Virus record (IMG/VR): IMGVR_UViG_3300017774_007926
Location: 1,560-65,559 of that record
From: a virus
Taxonomy: Duplodnaviria > Caudoviricetes
DNA length: 64,000 nucleotides
Reading direction: 5' to 3' (one strand)
Shown: piece after piece, positions 50,426 to 59,819 of the stretch
Numbering within the stretch: the first letter of the stretch is position 1
Layout: each line of letters starts with the position of its first letter
Translations under genes and position numbers: made by a program
Notes under the pieces: model-generated
Databases searched by the model: none
What the model saw: only the letters and a program-made list of their open reading frames with translations
Told to the model about the DNA's origin: nothing

Positions 50426-50619
50426 TTTTGTTCTCTCCATGGGACAACATTATCTATCAGATCTTTTAAAGGTCTGCGTTTAGGCGATGGTTTTGGTTTA
50501 ACGGGACCATCTGGCTTATCTTCTGGAGTGCTTTTATCAAACATCTTAATAATAGCTAAGATAAAATCTAAAAGCATTTGTATTGCTCTGTTAAGAGCTA
50601 TTCTATCTATTAGTCTCAT
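50422..50619 (-). CDS. Small hypothetical protein
   Basis: Amphipathic N-terminus and Pro/Lys-rich tail. Confidence 0.55.
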   Translation of the reverse strand: MRLIDRIALNRAIQMLLDFILAIIKMFDKSTPEDKPDGPVKPKPSPKRRPLKDLIDNVVPWREQK

Positions 50620-50655
50620 AGAAATAATCTCTGTAGAAAGAAAGTATATGTATTA

Positions 50656-50662
50656 ATACACC
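50656..50662 (-). promoter_or_regulatory. GGTGTAT motif (candidate phage-specific promoter)
   Basis: GGTGTATTAATAC, intergenic, 37 nt upstream of ATG 50619. Confidence 0.6.
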
Positions 50663-50696
50663 AATTTCTATTTTCAATTATTTTAGCTAAATTATT

Positions 50697-51620
50697 TTAT
50701 AGATAGTCTTCAAATCCATAGCTTGGAAGTTTTTGTAGAGGAAATCCGTCAAATCCACTAAAAGCATAAGATCCATTAGCAGATAACATACCTGCTGCAA
50801 CATCAGCATGGATTAAAAACGACCCATCTGGAATTGGACCCCACTCTGGGTGTCCACCGTCATTCCATTTACCCCAGCTATTTTGGACTAAAAATGCTGG
50901 TTCGCTACCGGTATCATCACATGCTATCCAAGCCATACAATGAGCCCAGTTCCCAGATGTTCTAGCAAAACCCTTTTTATCTCTTGTATTACTAAATCCA
51001 TAATTAGAACATACGGCTAATCCATAACCATTAGCTAGAGCGTCACGAGCTTCTTCTACTGTTCGTATTAATGAAGCAGTCTTGATCTGGTGATCATTAG
51101 AGAGGTCTAATACTTTATCGGGGAGACCTCTACCGCCCCAGCCTGCCCCTAAATTACCATTGTATTTGCTAAAATCTACAAAGCCATAATTCTTCCTCAC
51201 TACAAGACCACCAACTTTGCTAACAAATTCAGCTGCTCTGGCGCAACTCATACCTTGTCCACTAAATCCTCTATATCCATAGATAGCTTCTGTTGCACCT
51301 TTTGCTATCCAATCCTCTCTCTCATTGTGTATATCTATTTCTACGGCTCGTGTTACGTCACAAGCATTTCGTGTTCCATGACTAACACAATCTCCAGTAG
51401 TTTGTCTTTCATTATAAGGATTTTTATCAAACTTTAACACACTCTTGTATGGTGTTGAAAGTTTGCCCTTACCACTACCACTAATTTTTTTACTAGCATC
51501 GCCAAACAATGGATATTTAGAAGTCTCCATCAAATAGTCATAAACATGCTGTTCCCATACACAACCGCTGAATCCTTTGCGATAGTTATCGTATAGTTCT
51601 TTAGGAGAAAGTCTAGCCAT
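50697..51620 (-). CDS. Papain-like (C1-type) cysteine peptidase
   Basis: QTTGDCVSHG (Gln/Cys), WAHCMAW (His), QNSWG (Asn). Confidence 0.8.
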   Translation of the reverse strand: MARLSPKELYDNYRKGFSGCVWEQHVYDYLMETSKYPLFGDASKKISGSGKGKLSTPYKSVLKFDKNPYNERQTTGDCVSHGTRNACDVTRAVEIDIHNEREDWIAKGATEAIYGYRGFSGQGMSCARAAEFVSKVGGLVVRKNYGFVDFSKYNGNLGAGWGGRGLPDKVLDLSNDHQIKTASLIRTVEEARDALANGYGLAVCSNYGFSNTRDKKGFARTSGNWAHCMAWIACDDTGSEPAFLVQNSWGKWNDGGHPEWGPIPDGSFLIHADVAAGMLSANGSYAFSGFDGFPLQKLPSYGFEDYL

Positions 51621-52108
51621 TATTTTGACCCCATGTTAAAAGCCCAGGCTAAAGCGTTAAGACCCTCTACAGCCTTAGTTCTTAGCTCTTTTGATAAAAG
51701 AATTTGATCATCACCGATAGCTGCTACTACAACTTCTTTAGATTCTTTAGCTAAGTTAGGATACTTTCCTTTGATGTCTAATCTAAGCATAACCCCAGCT
51801 AAACTATTTGCTTGACGAATTTCTTCTGTGCTCTTAATTACCTCATCTTCTCCGTCAAGCTCAACAAGCTTTGCTAAATCAAGATACAAATCTCTCAATC
51901 TTTTAGCATCACCCTTTGCTCCAGACTCTTTTACTAATACAACAACGTCATCAGCTTCTTTTTTGACAGCTTCATCTGTTGGTGCTGGTAATTCAAGAAC
52001 ATCTACTACAGATGGTCTGGGACTAAGTATATTAGAAAATTCTGGCTTAAGTAAACCAATAACAATTAATAAAGCAGCTAATCCTAGCAGTACATTTTTT
52101 TGGCTCAT
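51620..52108 (-). CDS. Membrane-anchored hypothetical protein
   Basis: N-terminal LLGLAALLIVIGLL followed by a helical domain. Confidence 0.6.
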   Translation of the reverse strand: MSQKNVLLGLAALLIVIGLLKPEFSNILSPRPSVVDVLELPAPTDEAVKKEADDVVVLVKESGAKGDAKRLRDLYLDLAKLVELDGEDEVIKSTEEIRQANSLAGVMLRLDIKGKYPNLAKESKEVVVAAIGDDQILLSKELRTKAVEGLNALAWAFNMGSK

Positions 52109-52491
52109 GATACCTTATCCTCATTTTTTTTGCATACGTTGGGACTTAAAAACGGAAACATTTGATCGGCAACCTTAACTGCCTCAGAACAACCGCTCTG
52201 AACAGCTAGATCACGAGTTTGTTTCCAAGAAACTACTAGCTTAAAAAAAGTATCTTCAGCATCAGTTCTCTTTGGAACAACCACTGGAGATACTGACGGC
52301 ACTGTAACTACTGGTAACGCGGAGCCACCAGTACCCTTAAACTTATCCACTAACCCCGCGAGGAGTTTTTGTACTGGACTTAGCTTGTCCTTAAACAAAA
52401 TCCATAGAACTAAACCTACACCGGCGTAAAGAGCCAAATCCGTTGTGCTCAATTTGCTACTAAACTCTTGGAAGCTCTCTGTAAAATTCAT
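52105..52491 (-). CDS. Single-pass membrane protein
   Basis: LALYAGVGLVLWILF. Confidence 0.6.
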   Translation of the reverse strand: MNFTESFQEFSSKLSTTDLALYAGVGLVLWILFKDKLSPVQKLLAGLVDKFKGTGGSALPVVTVPSVSPVVVPKRTDAEDTFFKLVVSWKQTRDLAVQSGCSEAVKVADQMFPFLSPNVCKKNEDKVS

Positions 52492-52506
52492 TTTATATTC
52501 CTCGTT

Positions 52507-52938
52507 TTATTTATCTGAAACTTTTGGTACATTATCTACACTTGGATCAACAGTATTGGGATCCACAAACACACCGGTTTGTCTGAAAATTTCAACCATA
52601 GAATCTATTGTTGAACTTACCAATAACATCAAAAGAGCTTTGATGTACTTTTGTATAATAGGCTGTAAAGCAGATGGGAGATACGGGATGTTCACTACTA
52701 AGAAAACTTTATCATAAAAATTGCTTATCATATTCAAAGCAAGTTCTTTTTTATTTGATCCCTTAAGAGAAGGATTACTATCTTCTATAACTTGTATAGT
52801 GTCTGCTACTGCAAGCTGTAGGATTCCCCAGGCTTGATTTACAGCTACTGATTTATTCTTTATTAATGAATTTTTGACTTTATTAACAAGATCTTCTAAT
52901 CTAGAAGAAAGCTCAATACTCAAGATTACACTATCCAT
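52507..52938 (-). CDS. Hypothetical helical protein
   Basis: ATG 52938 with AGGAG RBS; G..KKELA motif. Confidence 0.55.
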   Translation of the reverse strand: MDSVILSIELSSRLEDLVNKVKNSLIKNKSVAVNQAWGILQLAVADTIQVIEDSNPSLKGSNKKELALNMISNFYDKVFLVVNIPYLPSALQPIIQKYIKALLMLLVSSTIDSMVEIFRQTGVFVDPNTVDPSVDNVPKVSDK

Positions 52939-52962
52939 AAAAACTCCTATTGTTAAAATGAA

Positions 52963-52969
52963 ATACACC
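52963..52969 (-). promoter_or_regulatory. GGTGTAT motif (candidate phage-specific promoter)
   Basis: Intergenic, 25 nt upstream of ATG 52938. Confidence 0.6.
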
Positions 52970-52980
52970 AAAAAAAGAAA

Positions 52981-53322
52981 TTAGGTCAATCCCTGATCTG
53001 TTATTTCAATAGACGGTTTCTTTTTTGTTGTTGTTTTTTTCTTTTTGTTTTTGCTATTAGTTCTATTAGCTATTTTTCTTTCTTCCGGAGTTGCAGTACT
53101 CCACCAAGTTTTCTTGAGATCTGTGCGACCCTTAACATACTTGAACAATATTGTTAATTGTCCAATAATAAGAATAGTAGCTTCTAGACCCCTGCTAGTT
53201 TCTTGAATCAAATCTTCTTTTTGAGCATTTTCTCCAATAATTCCCAATAAATATAGTCCACTAAAAACAAAGCTAACCATCGTGAACCAAAATTCACTAG
53301 TTCTGTAGCCGGGTTTAACCAT
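52981..53322 (-). CDS. Holin-like membrane protein
   Basis: KPGYRTSEFWF N-terminus, two hydrophobic segments, highly basic C-terminal tail. Confidence 0.55.
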   Translation of the reverse strand: MVKPGYRTSEFWFTMVSFVFSGLYLLGIIGENAQKEDLIQETSRGLEATILIIGQLTILFKYVKGRTDLKKTWWSTATPEERKIANRTNSKNKKKKTTTKKKPSIEITDQGLT

Positions 53323-53358
53323 GATTAATACCCTTTATGGTTTGTGAATAATGCAAAA

Positions 53359-53559
53359 TTAGGATAATGTTTTGACAAAAATACCATTATAGAATCTATA
53401 ACCATATTTAGCAGCTATGTCTGAGATTACTGGAGTATTTTTAACATGATTATTATTTAAGGAATATCTGCCTTTGAATGTAGCGGAAGCTATCACTGTA
53501 CCATTTTTAATTGGGTTAGAGCTAATGGATGTAGTTATGTCTGTGAATGGTCTTGGCAT
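53359..53559 (-). CDS. Small hypothetical protein
   Basis: 66-aa ORF with GGAG RBS. Confidence 0.5.
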   Translation of the reverse strand: MPRPFTDITTSISSNPIKNGTVIASATFKGRYSLNNNHVKNTPVISDIAAKYGYRFYNGIFVKTLS

Positions 53560-53610
53560 TTTAATTTCTCCAATTTAAAATTTGATTGAATATATGTCTA
53601 ATAACTAAGT

Positions 53611-53617
53611 ATACACC
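53611..53617 (-). promoter_or_regulatory. GGTGTAT motif (candidate phage-specific promoter)
   Basis: 52 nt upstream of ATG 53559. Confidence 0.55.
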
Positions 53618-53937
53618 TATGGTCTTTCTATCCTATCTTCTAGCGCTTCCAATGTTTTACCAAGCATAGCTATTTGAATTTTTAGTTCTGTCATAACTTC
53701 TGTATTTCTTTGAAGAGCAAGAGCAAAAGCTGCTTGGCTTTCTTTGTTGGAGGCTAATCTTTCCATAATAAATTGTTTATCATGAATATACGGAGATTGC
53801 GTTTCAATCATTACTAATACTTCTGATTTTGTAGCCATATTTCTTCCTATAGCAACCCAAAAACCAACCATAGTAACGATTATACCAATGCTGGTTGTTG
53901 CTATATTTTCCCAGAAGTGAATAATAGTTTCTGACAT
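53617..53937 (-). CDS. Single-pass membrane protein with coiled coil
   Basis: IGIIVTMVGFWVAIG followed by heptad repeats. Confidence 0.6.
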   Translation of the reverse strand: MSETIIHFWENIATTSIGIIVTMVGFWVAIGRNMATKSEVLVMIETQSPYIHDKQFIMERLASNKESQAAFALALQRNTEVMTELKIQIAMLGKTLEALEDRIERP

Positions 53938-53962
53938 AAGTTTATCTTTCTTTAAAGTAAAC

Positions 53963-53993
53963 AAGCCAACGACACTTTACGCATCATTGGCTT
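53963..53993 (-). terminator. Stem-loop, probable terminator
   Basis: Minus strand AAGCCAAUGAUGC-GUAAA-GUGUCGUUGGCUU: 13-bp stem whose G-U pairs form only on this strand, followed by GUUUACUUU. Confidence 0.6.
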
Positions 53994-54026
53994 ATTTATG
54001 TCGCTTTATATCGAACAATAATATTA

Positions 54027-54554
54027 TTAGTTAGTCTTTGCTTTATATGAAGCTAGTGTTGGAACTTTACGACCAATCATATAAACTAATCTTCCTGGAC
54101 TAGATGTTGTAGGATTAGCTGCTACGTCTGATCCAAGACTATCTGTTGTTGTTGTTACAGCACCAGAATACTGACCAGTGAACAAGTTAAATCCAGCCCT
54201 AAAAGCGGTGGCTGTTTTATTGGTAACTACTGATTCAATCTTGTGGATACTTCTAGTAACCTTATTATCTGCTCTTAATAGACTATTATTATTAACACCA
54301 GCTAGTTCTGTTGTGACCCTAGCGCTTAATGGTTTAACATGATTATGAGAAAATGTTCCGGCACTAACAGCTTTTGCGTTACCTACTAGATCACTTTGAA
54401 CAACAACAGAAGCAAATACTCCAACATTATAACCTTTTGGATTTTTCTTAACAAGATTTCTACTTGGATTTGTACCACCAGCGATAATTGAACCGCCATT
54501 ATTTTTTGTTGATGTACCTGTGACAGCACTGCTATTTTGTTGCATTTCGGCCAT
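54027..54554 (-). CDS. Hypothetical Gly/Ser/Thr/Asn-rich protein, possibly a virion component
   Basis: Low-complexity composition; GGAG RBS. Confidence 0.5.
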   Translation of the reverse strand: MAEMQQNSSAVTGTSTKNNGGSIIAGGTNPSRNLVKKNPKGYNVGVFASVVVQSDLVGNAKAVSAGTFSHNHVKPLSARVTTELAGVNNNSLLRADNKVTRSIHKIESVVTNKTATAFRAGFNLFTGQYSGAVTTTTDSLGSDVAANPTTSSPGRLVYMIGRKVPTLASYKAKTN

Positions 54555-54595
54555 TTTAATCTCCATTATTGAAAGTGGTGATAGTTCTAATAGAT

Positions 54596-54602
54596 ATACC
54601 CC
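54596..54602 (-). promoter_or_regulatory. GGGGTAT, one-mismatch variant of the GGTGTAT motif
   Basis: Intergenic, 42 nt upstream of ATG 54554. Confidence 0.4.
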
Positions 54603-54611
54603 AAAACTCTG

Positions 54612-55265
54612 TTAAAGACTATTATTTTTCAAAAAGAGAGCAATAGACGGCGTGTGGTGTAACCTAATACCATAAATATTTGACAACTTTAAAGATTCAG
54701 ATTGTTTTTCTGTCCAAATATTACCATTGCAGATAGCTTGTATCTGGGATTTGCTTGATAAATATTTACATGCAATAATATTGTCATTAATATCATCTAG
54801 CATATGTCCAGTTGAAGGCATAACATATTCAATACCAAGACTTTTAAAAATTTGGCACGTCTTGGCTAATGTTTCATGATTGAATACTCTATATTCCAAT
54901 ATATACCTAAGACTAATATTTTCTTGTTGACATAAAGTTATACTATTCTTAATATCGTCTCTTAGTTTATCGTATTTCCTATTCGTAATAAACTTAGCAG
55001 GGGCCACAACATCTATTGTTTTTGCCCCAGCTTTAATTGCTGCTGAGATAGCCGATAGTCTATTTTTAGAATCTAATAGACCATAAGGATAATCAATAGG
55101 AGAAGATATTTTTAGATCGTGTTCTTCTATCAAATTTTTGATCAAGGATATATTTATATAGTGTAAACCAATATTTTTAACTCCCAGCTTAACAGCTAGG
55201 GCCACGTTATTTTTTATTTCTTCATCAGATAATGAATAGTCATAACAAGCATATTCTATGTACAT
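54612..55265 (-). CDS. DeoC/DERA-like TIM-barrel protein lacking the catalytic lysines
   Basis: IDYPYG, GAKTIDVV, RYILE, EYVMPSTG (DERA has DFVKTSTG). Confidence 0.7.
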   Translation of the reverse strand: MYIEYACYDYSLSDEEIKNNVALAVKLGVKNIGLHYINISLIKNLIEEHDLKISSPIDYPYGLLDSKNRLSAISAAIKAGAKTIDVVAPAKFITNRKYDKLRDDIKNSITLCQQENISLRYILEYRVFNHETLAKTCQIFKSLGIEYVMPSTGHMLDDINDNIIACKYLSSKSQIQAICNGNIWTEKQSESLKLSNIYGIRLHHTPSIALFLKNNSL

Positions 55266-55948
55266 TAATTTTTTCTTTTGATGCAAGTTTTTAGATAGTC
55301 TATGTTGGGATATTTCTTGCTACCAAGTACTCCATCAGCAAACCCATAATATAAAGCTTCTTCTGATGTTAAAATCCAATCGCATTTATTAGCCAATTGA
55401 GAAATGATATGTTTTTTTGCCATCATCTTTTTCCAATTTTTTTCTTTACATATACTACTATTCATACACCTATCAGTGAATACATCAATCATCTTATCGC
55501 ATTCTCTTTCATTCCATTGTATTCCTGCCGCCGCTGCTTTACTGTGTTCTGCATCAACACTAAATGAACCATAATGTATTAGCACATTCGTATTTGGCAT
55601 TAATATTCTTAAGTCTGCAGCTTGTAATAAAACACTACTAGATGACTCTGCTTTTGCATACGCAAGTATGATCACTTTAGCTTTTGATGATTTTATAGCA
55701 TCATACATACCTAAACAATCTTGCCAATCTCCTCCTGGTAGATGCATATGAACCAAAATAGGTTCTAGTGATAGGAGATTTAAATATCTTAGATTTTTTT
55801 CAAACGTAACAGCAGATCTATAATCAACACCACCTTCTTCATCTGAGTCGGACATATAGGAATGTAAATATATCTCTCTATTTTGTATATCTATGCCATG
55901 ACTATGTATTAATAAGATATCTGGTTCTTTATTCATTTTATTATTCAT
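55265..55948 (-). CDS. clpP: ClpP-like serine protease
   Basis: HLPGGD, AESSSSVLL (Ser), LIHYG (His), KCDWILTSEEALYYGFAD (Asp). Confidence 0.8.
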   Translation of the reverse strand: MNNKMNKEPDILLIHSHGIDIQNREIYLHSYMSDSDEEGGVDYRSAVTFEKNLRYLNLLSLEPILVHMHLPGGDWQDCLGMYDAIKSSKAKVIILAYAKAESSSSVLLQAADLRILMPNTNVLIHYGSFSVDAEHSKAAAAGIQWNERECDKMIDVFTDRCMNSSICKEKNWKKMMAKKHIISQLANKCDWILTSEEALYYGFADGVLGSKKYPNIDYLKTCIKRKN

Positions 55949-56397
55949 TCTAGATAGGAATATACATTTTCATTAATACATCTCATTACATTTGAATCAT
56001 CAAATGCTTTTCCAACAGATATCCTAAATCGGTATCTAGTAAAAATATCTAATGTTTCCACCCCATCGGTTTCTTCTATAATGTTTACTATTCTTCTGGT
56101 GATATTAAAGTTTGTATGACCAGTCCAAAAATTAAAAATTCTACCACTAGCGGTATTTTCTGTTACTGGAATAATTCCCATAGGCGTTGCCATAACTTTA
56201 ATATTCTTGCGATTTTTTATAATCTCTTTTTTTCTCTCTGGTTCCTCTGTTTCGTTCTGGTCAGTATCGATAAAATTAGAATACTCATCATCACATAGCT
56301 CAGAATCGAGACCATCCACCAACTGATCTAAAGGATCGTCGTCACCAAATGGGTCTGCCCATTTTTGCCAAATAATTAGATTTTCTTTTCCATTCAT
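55945..56397 (-). CDS. Hypothetical protein
   Basis: WQKWADPFG, acidic linker, FNFWTGHTNFNIT. Confidence 0.6.
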   Translation of the reverse strand: MNGKENLIIWQKWADPFGDDDPLDQLVDGLDSELCDDEYSNFIDTDQNETEEPERKKEIIKNRKNIKVMATPMGIIPVTENTASGRIFNFWTGHTNFNITRRIVNIIEETDGVETLDIFTRYRFRISVGKAFDDSNVMRCINENVYSYLE

Positions 56398-56440
56398 TTT
56401 TTTACCATAATCCTTAAAAAAGGCTGAAATATACAAGAAA

Positions 56441-56447
56441 ATACACC
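56441..56447 (-). promoter_or_regulatory. GGTGTAT motif (candidate phage-specific promoter)
   Basis: Intergenic, 44 nt upstream of ATG 56397. Confidence 0.6.
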
Positions 56448-56484
56448 CTACACTATAGTAATGGGTTGTAGAATAGTTTCAATT

Positions 56485-56928
56485 TCAAGCAGGATTAAAA
56501 ACAGAAATTGGCCTAATTACAGGTTGGTCTTTTTTCTCTTTATTTCTTTTCTTTTTTTCTTGTTCCACATGAGATAATGCCCAATAGAATAGCATATTTT
56601 CTAGAAATAAGGTGTCTTTTGCCTCACCACTATTATCCACATTTTTCTGTATAATATTGATGATATCATCCTTTAAATGTCCCTCATTGATAGCCAATAA
56701 AAAATCAGCATATTTTTCGGCCAATACGGATATTTGATCAGTAGTAGCATCTTTAATATCTGGTAAAGCACACATAACATCGATATCTAAATTAGATGTT
56801 ACTTTAAAAGATATTGCTCCAATATATGTTTCATTATTTTCTACTTTAGTTGCTGGTTGTTTTTCAACGATTGGTAATTCCTCCTTCTTTACGAAGGAAG
56901 AAATCCAATCTATTATATGTTTAAACAT
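56485..56928 (-). CDS. Hypothetical protein
   Basis: 147-aa ORF coupled to the sigma gene. Confidence 0.55.
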   Translation of the reverse strand: MFKHIIDWISSFVKKEELPIVEKQPATKVENNETYIGAISFKVTSNLDIDVMCALPDIKDATTDQISVLAEKYADFLLAINEGHLKDDIINIIQKNVDNSGEAKDTLFLENMLFYWALSHVEQEKKKRNKEKKDQPVIRPISVFNPA

Positions 56929-56931
56929 TTA

Positions 56932-57522
56932 TTAAACTCTGCAAATGTCAAAATTTTTGATAATATCTAATCCACGCTTAATATTTTGTCTAACAGCTTC
57001 TCTAGACACACCAAATTCTTTTCCTATTTCAGATAGAGTTTTATCTTGAAAGTAATACATTTCTATCTGTTCTTTTTGCTTAGACGAAAGAGCACTACTA
57101 CTAAAGAGTGTTTCTATATCGACTGATAGATTAGCATGATATTCTTGATCAATAAGACAATCAACTGGTGATTGTTGTTTTGTGTCTGGGATCATACTAT
57201 CTAGTTTCTGATCATTGTCATTATCATGATCAAGACTAAGATGCTTCTTGCTCTTATACTTATTAGTCACATATGTTTTAATTGCCCAAATAGCACATTG
57301 ATTTCTATAAGAATAGAGTGTCTTTTTTTGTCCAGACTTTCCTGGCCTATCAGCATCAAATCTCCAATCAGCATACATTAAAGCAGTAGCTACATCAGAG
57401 ATAGCCTCTTCGTTTTTTAACATCTCTGTTGAAAGACCATTGTAAAACTTTGGTCCAAATTTAGAGATGGTTTTTTTAGCTAGCGATATATAGGTAGACA
57501 ATGAATCAAAACTTTTTTCCAT
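56932..57522 (-). CDS. Phage sigma70-family RNA polymerase sigma factor
   Basis: Region 2-like ADWRFD...YSYRNQCAIWAI; region 4 HTH KTLSEIGKEFGVSREAVRQ. Confidence 0.85.
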   Translation of the reverse strand: MEKSFDSLSTYISLAKKTISKFGPKFYNGLSTEMLKNEEAISDVATALMYADWRFDADRPGKSGQKKTLYSYRNQCAIWAIKTYVTNKYKSKKHLSLDHDNDNDQKLDSMIPDTKQQSPVDCLIDQEYHANLSVDIETLFSSSALSSKQKEQIEMYYFQDKTLSEIGKEFGVSREAVRQNIKRGLDIIKNFDICRV

Positions 57523-57564
57523 TTTAGTTCCTTAGGGTTTCCTTAAAAATTATTAGATAACAAA

Positions 57565-57993
57565 TTACTTCTTAGTATCCTTAGTCAGCTTTTTCCATGC
57601 CTCAGGATCTGGTCTATCTTCATCCCCACGTTTTGCGGGCTTATACTTTTTGCCTTCTCTTTCTTTTTTCTTGCGAATATTGTCCCATAGTCCAGGTCTT
57701 GATCCAGACACTGTTGTATCGTCAGTTTCCTTTGTGAACATGACGAAATCGTGAATGGTTCTCATATAGTCCTCTGTGACTGCTATCTTACCCTGTAGCC
57801 AACTAGCTGTCAAGTTTTCTTTTACAGAGAGAGATTCTAAGGAGTTGAGGATATTAGTTGCATGAGTTGCTATGGCCCTTAATGACCCAACACTCATTTC
57901 ATAAAAGTCTTCTTTATACTCATTGTATTCTGCTTGCAGTTTATCTGAAACGTTTGTGTCAATCTCTTTTAAGATCTCATGAAATCTGTCCAT
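57565..57993 (-). CDS. Hypothetical protein, possibly a head-internal/core protein
   Basis: WLQGKIA..EDYM and RPGLWDNIR...KPAKRGDEDRP resemble motifs recurrent in large-phage proteins. Confidence 0.45.
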   Translation of the reverse strand: MDRFHEILKEIDTNVSDKLQAEYNEYKEDFYEMSVGSLRAIATHATNILNSLESLSVKENLTASWLQGKIAVTEDYMRTIHDFVMFTKETDDTTVSGSRPGLWDNIRKKKEREGKKYKPAKRGDEDRPDPEAWKKLTKDTKK

Positions 57994-58676
57994 TGTGATT
58001 CTTTCTGTAATAAAGGATGTAAATTATTAAATAGGATTCTACTTAAGTCAATAGAGGCTAAATTATCAGATGGGTAGTGCACCCCCTGCAATACTCTAGC
58101 TGTTTCGGTATTTTTTACAATGCTATCAAATTCAAAAGATAAGCTCGGATAGATACTTTTTCCGATATTAGCCGCTAGGCTCGTATAAAAAGTATGTCCC
58201 GATGGATATGATGGAGTATGGTGGGTTTCTGTTTCTATGACTGGTAATTCGATACCATAAATATTTGCTATTGTTTCAGGCCTAGGACGATTATAGAACT
58301 GCTTAATATTAAGAAGTACTGGTTTCGTAATCTCATAGAACATTTTGAGATATTCATAAGGAAAATTTAATTTTCTGCTATCTAACAAATCAAAGATTTC
58401 TATTGCCGGATCCGAGTCTATTCTTAGTAGTTTCTTTGTCCATACGTCTGTTCTTTGTCTTTTTATAGAGTCAAATATAAATTGGATCTCACCAAAGGTT
58501 GTTTTACTACTATTTTTGGGCGGAGTAACTAAGATATTTCTCCAGTCTAATTCTATGATATCAGGAACAGGAGTTTCCGAAATAAAATTAGAGTAGGTGA
58601 TTGTATCTATATCTACAGACATTAAGCTGTGATGTAAGTCTGACAATATCTTTTTATAGTTATTAGCTATTGACAT
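57969..58676 (-). CDS. PAP2 / acid phosphatase superfamily protein
   Basis: KQFYNRPRP, PSYPSGH, RVLQGVHYPSD. Confidence 0.85.
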   Translation of the reverse strand: MSIANNYKKILSDLHHSLMSVDIDTITYSNFISETPVPDIIELDWRNILVTPPKNSSKTTFGEIQFIFDSIKRQRTDVWTKKLLRIDSDPAIEIFDLLDSRKLNFPYEYLKMFYEITKPVLLNIKQFYNRPRPETIANIYGIELPVIETETHHTPSYPSGHTFYTSLAANIGKSIYPSLSFEFDSIVKNTETARVLQGVHYPSDNLASIDLSRILFNNLHPLLQKESQWTDFMRS

Positions 58677-58680
58677 ATTA

Positions 58681-59256
58681 TTAAGCTTGTATACTAAGGA
58701 AATTATCTAGACCCATTTCCTCAATAAGCTTAAGGAAACCAGTGTATAGCGTAATGCCATCTTCACTACCTTGAAGTAGAGGAATCATAATATTTGCTGT
58801 CATCTCGTCACCGACTGCTCTAGCAGCAAGTATGGTTTCTCTCTCTACTTTAGCAGCTTCTTGAACTGAATTCAGATTATACTGAATCATAGATAACATG
58901 TCGTGTCTCTTCCAGATTAGAGGCTGTACCACTAGCGGCTGGTACTCTGCATCAAAAAATTCTAGTCTAATTAAATTGACTATAGAATGTTCGTGTTCTT
59001 GAAGAGCATCTGCTTTAATTAATGCCGCTAACTTTGTATAGCCCCATCTTTCAAGATGCACAGCTTGTGCGGAGAGTGATGTGGTTTGTTGCCAATGGAT
59101 ATTCAGAGACTTCTTTAGTAGTTCTACTACGCTATTGGTCTCTGTCTCCGTTTTATCCAAAGTGTTTTCTGTCAAACTTATTTCCTTCTCTTCTGGTGTT
59201 GTATTTGAGTATTCTGACGAAAGCAGTTCTGAGATAGTACGATAGTCTTGTGACAT
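58681..59256 (-). CDS. Bacterioferritin-like protein
   Basis: HLERWGYTKL...QEHEH...RLEFFD...VGDEMTA. Confidence 0.75.
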   Translation of the reverse strand: MSQDYRTISELLSSEYSNTTPEEKEISLTENTLDKTETETNSVVELLKKSLNIHWQQTTSLSAQAVHLERWGYTKLAALIKADALQEHEHSIVNLIRLEFFDAEYQPLVVQPLIWKRHDMLSMIQYNLNSVQEAAKVERETILAARAVGDEMTANIMIPLLQGSEDGITLYTGFLKLIEEMGLDNFLSIQA

Positions 59257-59265
59257 AATAATTCC

Positions 59266-59805
59266 TTAAGTTAAATCTGAGACATTAGTTTTTGACCACA
59301 TTTTACAAGACCAGTAGTTAGCTTTCCACTTTGGTCCAGGACTTTCACAGTTATGTCTGGCTCTATACGATTTACGTCTTTCTGGATCGTCTCTTTTAAT
59401 TTCCATATTAGGATCACCAAAATTGACTTTGACAACATTACCTTTGTCATTTTTGACATATACAGAGAATTTTTTTGGCCCACTTGGAGTTCTAAAAGGC
59501 TTATTTAAAGTTACTTTTTTACCTTTTTCATCAGCAATTACTTGACCAAACTCATCTAATATATCCCCCGGATCATAAATATGGGTCCATTCGTCCCAAT
59601 TATCATCATAATCAGCTTGTGAAATCAATATGTTGTCATGTACTTCTTCTATCAAAGAAGCTTTATATTTTTTATTAGCCTCTCCCATACAGATGGCTGA
59701 TCGTTGTTTTGTATTGGGATGTTCCTCTTTCATCGTAGAATCACTCATGCATCTAGAAACAAACTTTGTTTTATCTTCATTTTCTTCTGGTTTTGGCATT
59801 ATCAT
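59266..59805 (-). CDS. Conserved-looking phage protein with two small modules
   Basis: PKPEENEDKTKFVSRCM...QRSAIC and KVTLNKPFRTP...ARHNC...YWSCKMW. Confidence 0.55.
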   Translation of the reverse strand: MIMPKPEENEDKTKFVSRCMSDSTMKEEHPNTKQRSAICMGEANKKYKASLIEEVHDNILISQADYDDNWDEWTHIYDPGDILDEFGQVIADEKGKKVTLNKPFRTPSGPKKFSVYVKNDKGNVVKVNFGDPNMEIKRDDPERRKSYRARHNCESPGPKWKANYWSCKMWSKTNVSDLT

Positions 59806-59819
59806 AATAGTCTCCTTAT

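Noticed and set aside
30793-54656. Identical 15-mer AATAGACGGCGTGTG at 30793-30807 and 54642-54656
   Set aside because: Only two copies, one inside a CDS; a rough composition-based estimate gives several chance 15-mer matches in 64 kb.
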